A DNA stretch of 64,000 bases, taken from assembly GCA_017536475.1 (NCBI GenBank), contig JAFXHH010000021.1, positions 68,431-132,430 of the forward strand, in the 5' to 3' direction. Positions 36,810 to 44,232 of the stretch are shown here, piece by piece. A program made the translations under genes and the position numbers. This stretch comes from Clostridia bacterium (GTDB lineage Bacteria; Bacillota; Clostridia; Oscillospirales; CAG-272). Positions within the stretch are counted from its first letter, which is position 1. The number at the start of each line of letters is the position of its first letter. Below the pieces are notes generated by a model. It was not told the DNA's origin, made no database searches, and saw nothing but the letters and a program-made list of their open reading frames with translations.

Positions 36810-38123
36810 ATGGATAAAAATCAGACAGTAGGTAATCGCAAAATCGCCTCTCTGTTCGATGCGGGCTCGTTCGTTGAGGTCGGCGCTTATATCAAGAGAA
36901 GCGGCGACGTCGAAGCGTACGACGGAGTGATCTGCGGATACGGCTCGGTATCAGGCAAGCTCGCGTTCGCATTCGTGCAGGATAGCGACAGAACGAAGGG
37001 CGCATTCGACGAGGCAGGTGCCAAAAAGATCGAAATGCTTTACGATATGGCAATCAAGAACGGAGCGTCGATCATCGGCGTATTCGATAGCGCAGGTGCA
37101 GTCGTTGCAGAGGGAAGCGCGGCGCTTTCCGCATACGGCAGATTTATGGCTTGCGTAGCAAAGGCATCGGGAATAATTCCCCAGATCGCCGTTTACGACG
37201 GACTCTGCACGGGTATGGCTCTCACGATCGCCAATATGTTCGACCTTTCGGTAAAGGTCGAGGATAAAGCCGAGTTTTATCTCCTTCCCACCTCAAACAA
37301 TAAAGAAATGGTATGCTCGATCGAGGTCAAGGACGAGGCAGCAGCATTCGCCGCAGCCCGTGAGCTTGTCGAGATGCTTCCTCAGAACAATAAAGACGAC
37401 GCAAGTCAGATGAGTGGCGACGATGCCTCTCGCGCAGTTGCGATCGACGGACTTACGGGTAAGGCTCTTGTCGAGACTCTTGCCGATAACGGTAAGTTCG
37501 TAGAGATATACGCGCAGCAGAGCGGAATCGTAACGGGATTTGCATTCTTCGGCGGCACGCTTTGCGGTGTCGTAGCCTCGGATAATACCTGCGACGCGGG
37601 TAAGATCGGCTTCAAGGGTGCGAAGAAGGCAGCAGATCTCATCTCCTTCTGCGATCGTTTCGGCATTTCCGTACTGACGCTCGTTGACAGCGAGGGACTT
37701 TGCGATTGTGCATGCCCCAAGTGCATAGCAAGACTTGGCTCGGCATACGCGAATGCGACGGTAGCAAAGGTAACGGCAGTCGTTGGCAAGGCTTACGGCG
37801 CAGGCTTCACACTTCTCGGCTCCAAGGCACTCGGCGCAGATCTTGAGATCGCTACCGAGGGTGCGGTCATCAGCGTGATGAGCCCCGAGAGCGCGGTCGC
37901 GTTCCTTATGAACGATAAGATCACGGCAGACAAGTCGCGCGCTGACGTTGAGGCAGAGTGGTGTGAAAAGTACGCAAGCGCAGTTTGCGCGGCAGAGAAG
38001 GGCGACATCGACGATATAGTTGAGGCGCAGACCCTCCGTGCACGTATCTGCTCGGCACTCTATATGCTTGCTTGCAAAGCAGACGGTTGCCCCGATAGAA
38101 AATATTTCAGAACCCCTCTTTGA
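36810..38123 (+). CDS. Carboxyltransferase-domain protein (acyl-CoA carboxylase beta / 12S-like), short divergent form
   Basis: Two crotonase-like halves: LFDAGSFVEVGA...GYGSVSGKLAFAFVQD...VFDSAGAVVAEG and FAFFGGTLCGVVASD...KAADLISFCDRFGISVLTLVDSEG...GKAYGAGF. 437 aa, against more than 500 for typical members. Confidence 0.75.
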   Translation: MDKNQTVGNRKIASLFDAGSFVEVGAYIKRSGDVEAYDGVICGYGSVSGKLAFAFVQDSDRTKGAFDEAGAKKIEMLYDMAIKNGASIIGVFDSAGAVVAEGSAALSAYGRFMACVAKASGIIPQIAVYDGLCTGMALTIANMFDLSVKVEDKAEFYLLPTSNNKEMVCSIEVKDEAAAFAAARELVEMLPQNNKDDASQMSGDDASRAVAIDGLTGKALVETLADNGKFVEIYAQQSGIVTGFAFFGGTLCGVVASDNTCDAGKIGFKGAKKAADLISFCDRFGISVLTLVDSEGLCDCACPKCIARLGSAYANATVAKVTAVVGKAYGAGFTLLGSKALGADLEIATEGAVISVMSPESAVAFLMNDKITADKSRADVEAEWCEKYASAVCAAEKGDIDDIVEAQTLRARICSALYMLACKADGCPDRKYFRTPL

Positions 38124-38135
38124 TAAATACGGAGG

Positions 38136-38618
38136 TTGAAGATGAAAACGAGTAAGAAAATATGCCTGTACGCTCTTACGACTTCTGTTCTCGCGGTGCT
38201 TTCCACAATAGTCGCATTTGCCGAGGATAAAAACATCGATGGCGGCAAGCTGACCTTCGCCGAGCGACTTCCGTACGCCCTTCAGGGAACGGTTACGGGA
38301 CTTATTATGGTCTTCGCGGTGCTTGCACTTTTGTGGCTGGTTATAACGATCTCGAAGGTCATATTCTACGATCTGCCGAAAAAGAAAGCAAATAAGGCTA
38401 CGAAGAAAGACGTCGTTGACACAGAGTCTGAAATAACGGCAGAGATCTCCGAGTCCATATTGGCGATCCACGAGGCTAACGACGGTGAGCTTATAGCAGT
38501 CATTACTGCTGCAGTTGCCGCAATGATAGAAAGTGGCGAATATAAAGATGAATTCGCAGGCGGCTTCAGAGTTGTCTCCTTCAAGAGAAGCTCGGGTAAA
38601 GCTTGGAACAGAAAATAA
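38136..38618 (+). CDS. OadG-like small membrane subunit of Na+-transporting decarboxylase
   Basis: TM segment GLIMVFAVLALLWLVITI, and a C-terminal ELIAVITAAVAAMIE...FRVVSFKR block typical of the OadG family. Confidence 0.7.
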   Translation: MKMKTSKKICLYALTTSVLAVLSTIVAFAEDKNIDGGKLTFAERLPYALQGTVTGLIMVFAVLALLWLVITISKVIFYDLPKKKANKATKKDVVDTESEITAEISESILAIHEANDGELIAVITAAVAAMIESGEYKDEFAGGFRVVSFKRSSGKAWNRK

Positions 38619-38644
38619 TATTACGAAAGGCTTGGTATATAACA

Positions 38645-39031
38645 ATGAAAAGATTTAACGTGACAGTCAACGGCGTATCGTACGACGTAGTAGTAGAAGA
38701 AATAGGCGGCGCAGCTCCCGTAGCAGCTCCCGTAGCAGCTCCTGCAGCAGCATCCGCACCCGTAGCAGCACCCGCGCCCGCAGCGGCTCCCAAGGCAGCA
38801 CCTGCAGGCAATGCAGGCTCAGTAGTAGTTAAGGCTCCTATGCCGGGAACCATTATGAAGGTAAACGTAGCTCCCGGTCAGGCAGTCAAGAAGGGCGACG
38901 TTCTTTGCGTGCTTGAGGCTATGAAAATGGAAAACGACATCTCTGCTCCCCAGGACGGAACCGTTGCAAGTGTTAACGTTCAGAAGGGCGCGAGCGTTCA
39001 GAGCGAGGATGTTCTCGTAACACTTAACTGA
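38645..39031 (+). CDS. Biotin carboxyl carrier protein (1.3S-like)
   Basis: Ala/Pro-rich linker, then VLEAMKMEN (AMKM biotinylation motif). ATG at 38645. Confidence 0.9.
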   Translation: MKRFNVTVNGVSYDVVVEEIGGAAPVAAPVAAPAAASAPVAAPAPAAAPKAAPAGNAGSVVVKAPMPGTIMKVNVAPGQAVKKGDVLCVLEAMKMENDISAPQDGTVASVNVQKGASVQSEDVLVTLN

Positions 39032-39071
39032 TAAGGTGCTTTTCATAAATTCTACGAAAGGAAAATGAATA

Positions 39072-40391
39072 ATGGAAGGCATCATTCAAACGATTAAAAA
39101 CTTTATCGAAGGAATGGGCATTTCTCAGCTTGTTGCTAACAACGACTGGTGGAAATACGTGGTTATGTATGCCATCGTGATAGCGCTCGTCTATCTGGCG
39201 ATCGTAAAGAAATTTGAGCCCCTCCTCCTTCTCCCTATAGCGATAGGAATGCTGTTTACCAATCTTCCCGGTGTTGGAGTCTACAACGAGATCTTCTTCG
39301 CGGGCGGACATATAAACTGGGCACTCTTTGGCGGCGCCCCGATCTCTTTGGAGATGGTTCTTGAGGCAGCCGGAGTAGAAACCGCAGAAGAACTCGCGGA
39401 GCTTATTAATAACGGTACTGCCGGCTCGGTCGTGCATTATATGTTGGATAATATCGGTCAGACGGTAACCCCCGGACTTATCGATATACTTTATCTCGGC
39501 GTAAAGCTTGGTATATATCCTTGCCTTATCTTCATAGGCATCGGTGCTATGACCGACTTTACTCCCCTTATCGCAAACCCCAAATATTTCCTGATCGGTG
39601 CAGGCGCACAGCTCGGCGTTTTCGTAGCGTTTGCGGTGGCGTTCCTCTCGGGTCAGTTTACGCTCGGTGAGGCGGCGTCTATCGGTATCATCGGAGGCGC
39701 GGACGGTCCTACGGCAATTACCGTAACAAAAACGCTCGGTCCTGCGCTCCTCGGAGCTATCGCTATCGCGGCATATTCCTACATGGCGCTCATACCTATG
39801 ATCCAGCCTCCCTTTATGAAGCTCTTTACCACCAAGAAGGAAAGACTTATAAAGATGGATAAGCTTCGCGAGGTATCCAAGACCGAGAAGCTCGTATTCC
39901 CGATCATCGTAACCTTCGTCGTTGCACTTATCGTTCCCGATGCGCTCGTGCTTATCGGATGCTTGATGTTCGGTAACCTGCTCAATGTCTGCGGAGTGAC
40001 CGACCGTCTCTCCAAGACCGCGCAGAACGAGCTTATGAATATAGTCACGATATTCCTTGGCATTTCTGTCGGTGCGACTGCGACCGCAGGCAACTTCTTG
40101 AGCTTGCAGACGGTAATCATCGTCGTGTGCGGTCTCGCGGCGTTCTGCGTATCCACTTGCGGCGGACTTATCACCGCAAAGATAATGAACTGGCTCTCGG
40201 GCGGCAAGATCAACCCCCTTATCGGCTCGGCGGGCGTTTCTGCAGTGCCTATGGCGGCTCGAGTTGCTCAGGTGCAGGGACAGAAGGAGGACCCCTCCAA
40301 CTTCCTGCTTATGCACGCAATGGGACCCAACGTAGCGGGAGTTATCGGCTCTGCCGTTGCGGCGGGCGTATTCCTCTCCTGGTTGAGCTGA
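39072..40391 (+). CDS. Na+-transporting decarboxylase beta subunit (OadB/MmdB/GcdB family)
   Basis: Polytopic 439-aa protein with family blocks IGAMTDFTPLIANP, GIIGGADGPTAI and PLIGSAGVSAVPMAARV. Confidence 0.9.
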   Translation: MEGIIQTIKNFIEGMGISQLVANNDWWKYVVMYAIVIALVYLAIVKKFEPLLLLPIAIGMLFTNLPGVGVYNEIFFAGGHINWALFGGAPISLEMVLEAAGVETAEELAELINNGTAGSVVHYMLDNIGQTVTPGLIDILYLGVKLGIYPCLIFIGIGAMTDFTPLIANPKYFLIGAGAQLGVFVAFAVAFLSGQFTLGEAASIGIIGGADGPTAITVTKTLGPALLGAIAIAAYSYMALIPMIQPPFMKLFTTKKERLIKMDKLREVSKTEKLVFPIIVTFVVALIVPDALVLIGCLMFGNLLNVCGVTDRLSKTAQNELMNIVTIFLGISVGATATAGNFLSLQTVIIVVCGLAAFCVSTCGGLITAKIMNWLSGGKINPLIGSAGVSAVPMAARVAQVQGQKEDPSNFLLMHAMGPNVAGVIGSAVAAGVFLSWLS

Positions 40392-40431
40392 CAACCACTC
40401 CAATGATTAAGAAAGGTAAGGTTTTAAATAA

Positions 40432-41832
40432 ATGGCACAGGTAAAGATTACCGAAACGGTACTGCGTGACTCTCACCAGTCGCTTATCGCCACGAGAATG
40501 ACCACCGAGGAGATGCTTCCTATCCTTGAAACCATGGATCAGGTTGGCTATCACTCCCTCGAGGCGTGGGGCGGAGCAACCTTTGACTCTTGTATGAGAT
40601 TTCTCAACGAGGATCCTTGGGAGAGACTTCGCAAGATCAGAGAGCACGTAAAGAACACAAAGCTTCAGATGCTCTTCCGCGGACAGAATATTCTCGGCTA
40701 CCGTCACTATTCCGACGACGTTGTTGAATACTTCGTTCAGAAGTCGATAGCAAACGGCATCGATATCATTCGTATATTCGACGCGCTCAACGATCCCCGT
40801 AACCTCAAGACCGCTATAAATGCGACCAAAAAAGAGGGCGGACACGTTCAGGCGGCGTTCAGCTATACCACGGGTCCGGTTTACACGATGGACTACTATT
40901 CCGAGTATGCAAAGAGACTCGAGGATATGGGCGCAGATTCGATCTGTATCAAGGATATGGCAGGTCTGCTCAAGCCCTTCGACGCTTACGAACTCGTAAA
41001 GACACTCAAGGAAAGCGTAAACGTACCGATCCAGCTTCACACACACTACACCGCAGGTCTTGCATCGATGACTTTGCTCAAGGCTATCGAGGCAGGTGTC
41101 GACGTTGTAGACACTGCGATCTCTCCTATGGCTATGGGAACCTCCCAGCCTCCCACGGAGACCCTCGTTGCTACGCTTCAGGGCACCGAGTACGACACTG
41201 GCATCAGCCTTGACAATCTCGATAAGGTGACCAAGCACTTTACACCTCTGCGCGAAAAGTATCTTGCAGACGGACTTCTCAACCCCAAGGCGCTTAAGGT
41301 CGACGTAAACGCGCTGATCTATCAGGTGCCCGGCGGAATGCTCTCCAACCTTATGTCCCAGCTCAAGCAGGCAGGGAAGGAAGATAAGCTGACCGAGGTT
41401 CTTGAGGAAGTACCGAGAGTAAGAGCAGACGTAGGATATCCTCCTCTCGTAACCCCCTCGTCGCAGATCGTTGGTACTCAGGCAGTATTCAACGTGCTTA
41501 ACGGCGAAAGATACAAGATGGTAACCAAGGAGTTCAAGGGCGTCGTTCGCGGCGAGTACGGTAAGACTCCCGTGGCTATCGATCCCGAGTTTGTCAAGAA
41601 GATTCTCGGCGAGGATGCAAAGGTCATCGACTACCGTCCCGCAGACGATCTCAAGCCCGAGCTCGACGAGCTCCGTGCGAAGATTCCCGCAGGCTATCTT
41701 GAGCAGGACGAGGACGTTCTTTCCTACGCTCTCTTCGAGCAGGTAGCACTCAAGTTCTTCGAGTACAGAAAGAACCAGAAGTACGGTATTGACGCAAACT
41801 CCGATGCAGCAAGCGGCGTGCATACCGTTTAA
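40432..41832 (+). CDS. Oxaloacetate decarboxylase alpha / transcarboxylase 5S-like carboxyltransferase (no biotinyl domain)
   Basis: ITETVLRDSHQSL, ICIKDMAGLL (carbamylated Lys motif) and IQLHTHYTAGLA (metal His pair). The protein ends at 466 aa without an AMKM domain. Confidence 0.9.
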   Translation: MAQVKITETVLRDSHQSLIATRMTTEEMLPILETMDQVGYHSLEAWGGATFDSCMRFLNEDPWERLRKIREHVKNTKLQMLFRGQNILGYRHYSDDVVEYFVQKSIANGIDIIRIFDALNDPRNLKTAINATKKEGGHVQAAFSYTTGPVYTMDYYSEYAKRLEDMGADSICIKDMAGLLKPFDAYELVKTLKESVNVPIQLHTHYTAGLASMTLLKAIEAGVDVVDTAISPMAMGTSQPPTETLVATLQGTEYDTGISLDNLDKVTKHFTPLREKYLADGLLNPKALKVDVNALIYQVPGGMLSNLMSQLKQAGKEDKLTEVLEEVPRVRADVGYPPLVTPSSQIVGTQAVFNVLNGERYKMVTKEFKGVVRGEYGKTPVAIDPEFVKKILGEDAKVIDYRPADDLKPELDELRAKIPAGYLEQDEDVLSYALFEQVALKFFEYRKNQKYGIDANSDAASGVHTV

Positions 41833-41849
41833 TATCACGGAAACAAAAA

Positions 41850-41874
41850 GAGGCGAGATTCTCGCCTCTTTTTT
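41850..41874 (+). terminator. Rho-independent terminator of the decarboxylase operon
   Basis: GAGGCGAG, loop ATT, CTCGCCTC, followed by TTTTTT. Confidence 0.85.
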
Positions 41875-42021
41875 ACATAATTGGATAATATCATCAATAT
41901 TTGTGCACTTTTATTATCGTCAATTTTATCAACTTTGTTTGTTATGCCTTTATACATACCCAAAAATAATAACAAATTGTAAATTGTGCAAAATAAAATG
42001 TCATTTTTTACAAAATAGCAG

Positions 42022-42050
42022 TTGACAAATTGGTTATATTGTTGTATAAT
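42022..42050 (+). promoter_or_regulatory. Consensus SigA-type promoter upstream of rsmE
   Basis: TTGACA (42022-42027), a 17-nt spacer, then TATAAT (42045-42050). Confidence 0.6.
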
Positions 42051-42162
42051 TGGATACGGTCGCGCAAAAATGTCTTTGATTGCAGGCGCTTTGTGGCGCC
42101 GTATTTGTGCAAAAGACATAAAACCTTTGCTCGATTTGTCAAATTTAGAGTTGGAGTTCGGT

Positions 42163-42930
42163 ATGCCAAGATTTTTCGTTCGAAAGGAACAAATAGAAAA
42201 CGGCTTCGTTACGATACTTGGCGACGATGCCCATCATATCTCGCGGTCGCTTCGTATGGCGGCAGGCGAGCATATAACGGTCTGCGATATGCAAAAGGTC
42301 GAATACGAGTGCACCCTCGAGCAGTTTTTGCCTGATCGAGTGTTGGCAAGAGTTGACAGCGAGCGAAAAAGCGACACCGAGCCTCCGTTTACGGCGTGCT
42401 TGTATCAGGCGCTTCCCAAGGGAGATAAGCTCGACAGCGTGATACAGAAATCGGTCGAGTGCGGCGTTTTTTCGATCACGACCTTCAATAGTGAGCGTTG
42501 CATCGCAAAGGAAAAGGGCGACGAGGAAAATAAGCTCCGCAGACGCAATAAGATCTCTCTCGAGGCGGCAAAACAGTCGGGCAGAGGAGTAATTCCCGAG
42601 GTCAATGCCACGGTAAGCTTTGCGGAGATGCTCACGCGAGCCGCAGATGCGGATATAAAGCTCTTTTGCTACGAGGGCGACGGCACAGAGTCGCTGAAAG
42701 TAGCTCTTGCAAGAGAAAAAGCAAGATTTTTAGCGGAGAAGGGCGCCAATAACGGCAGCCTTCCCAAAATATCCGTCGTTATCGGAAGCGAGGGCGGATT
42801 TTCGCTTCGCGAGGTCGAAAAAGCTAAGGAGGCGGGACTTGTTCCCGTTGGACTCGGCAAGAGGATACTTCGCACCGAAACAGCTTCGGGCTTCGTGCTC
42901 GGATGCCTGTGCTATGAGTTTGAATTATAA
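42163..42930 (+). CDS. rsmE: 16S rRNA (uracil1498-N3)-methyltransferase RsmE
   Basis: MPRFFV start, GDDAHHISRSLRM, and C-terminal VIGSEGGFS...LGKRILRTETA. ATG at 42163 has GGAG 6 nt upstream. Confidence 0.9.
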   Translation: MPRFFVRKEQIENGFVTILGDDAHHISRSLRMAAGEHITVCDMQKVEYECTLEQFLPDRVLARVDSERKSDTEPPFTACLYQALPKGDKLDSVIQKSVECGVFSITTFNSERCIAKEKGDEENKLRRRNKISLEAAKQSGRGVIPEVNATVSFAEMLTRAADADIKLFCYEGDGTESLKVALAREKARFLAEKGANNGSLPKISVVIGSEGGFSLREVEKAKEAGLVPVGLGKRILRTETASGFVLGCLCYEFEL

Positions 42931-43006
42931 TTTTATTTATCATAAACGACTAAAAAAAGCGTACAATAAGTTATAAGGAATTTAAAAGACACAAAGGGGT
43001 TTAAAA

Positions 43007-44092
43007 ATGGCAAACAGATTGTTCCAAAACGTAATTCATCAGATGAGATCTGCGGTAGATCGCGTAATCGGCGTTATCGACGAAAACGGAGTAGTTATCG
43101 CGTGCTCTGAGCTTGTAAAGATCGGTGAGATCAAGCAGGGTATCCGCGATGAGCTTACCTATTCCGCCGACATCGCGGTTTCGGGAGGCTATACATACCG
43201 TCCTATATCCGTAGGCTCCAAGAACGAGTACATCGTATTTATGGAGGGTGAGGATAAGATGGCAGAGAAGATGTCCAAGCTTCTCGCAGTATCGCTCTGC
43301 AACATCAAAAATCTCTACGACGAAAAGTACGATAAGGGCTTGTTCATCAAAAACATCATTCTTGACAATATCCTTCCCAGCGATATATACATCAAGTCCA
43401 AGGAGCTTCATTTCAGCAGCGAGGACAGCAGAATAGTATTCCTCATCAAGTTCTTCGGCAAGACCGACGTTATGCCCTTTGAGATGCTGCAGAATATGTT
43501 CCCCGATAAGTCCAAGGATTACGTTATCAGCGTAGGCGAGCACGACGTCGTTCTCGTTAAGGACGTTAAGCCCGACACCGACATCAAGGAGATCGAAAAG
43601 ATCGCGACCAACATCTCCGATACCCTTACCTCCGAGTTCTACACCAAGGTCAACATCGGTATCTCCACCATCGTTGATAACCTCAAGGATCTCGCAAGAG
43701 CGTACAAGGAGGCTCAGGTAGCACTCGACGTCGGCAAGGTATTTGAGACCGAGAAGAACATCATCAGCTACGAGAACCTCGGTATCGGCAGACTTATCTA
43801 TCAGCTTCCCACCACTCTTTGCGAGATGTTCCTTCAGGAGATCTTCAAGAAGGGAAGCCTCGAATCCCTCGATCGTGAGACCCTGATGACCATTCAGTGC
43901 TTCTTCGACAACAATCTTAACGTTTCCGAAACCTCAAGAAAGCTTTTCGTACATAGAAATACTCTCGTATACAGACTTGAAAAGATCCGCAAGATCACAG
44001 GTCTTGACCTTCGTGAATTCGAGCACGCTATCACCTTTAAGGTAGCGCTGATGGTCAAGAAGTATCTCGGAAGCAAGCCCTCGAAGTATTAA
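43007..44092 (+). CDS. PucR/CdaR-family transcriptional regulator
   Basis: C-terminal PucR-type HTH: NLNVSETSRKLFVHRNTLVYRLEKIRKITGLDL. Confidence 0.8.
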   Translation: MANRLFQNVIHQMRSAVDRVIGVIDENGVVIACSELVKIGEIKQGIRDELTYSADIAVSGGYTYRPISVGSKNEYIVFMEGEDKMAEKMSKLLAVSLCNIKNLYDEKYDKGLFIKNIILDNILPSDIYIKSKELHFSSEDSRIVFLIKFFGKTDVMPFEMLQNMFPDKSKDYVISVGEHDVVLVKDVKPDTDIKEIEKIATNISDTLTSEFYTKVNIGISTIVDNLKDLARAYKEAQVALDVGKVFETEKNIISYENLGIGRLIYQLPTTLCEMFLQEIFKKGSLESLDRETLMTIQCFFDNNLNVSETSRKLFVHRNTLVYRLEKIRKITGLDLREFEHAITFKVALMVKKYLGSKPSKY

Positions 44093-44232
44093 TTATTATC
44101 GACATTGATAGACATTCATATAAGCGAGACGTCTCACCCCGAGCGTTTCGCTTATTGGATTGTTATCGGAGCTTTTGACACTGTGGAGCTATAAAACAGA
44201 GTGCAAAAAACACAGTTCAAGGAGACCAAATA

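Noticed and set aside
39024-41838. 459-aa and 498-aa ORFs antisense to the decarboxylase beta and alpha subunits
   Set aside because: Same reasoning as above: the sense frames carry unmistakable OadB and OadA motifs, and the antisense frames have none.
41880-42020. AT-rich stretch with TTATCGTCA / TTATCAACT motifs considered as DnaA boxes or oriC
   Set aside because: Each motif has at least two mismatches to TTATCCACA. There are only two of them, and no dnaA, dnaN or rnpA genes are nearby.
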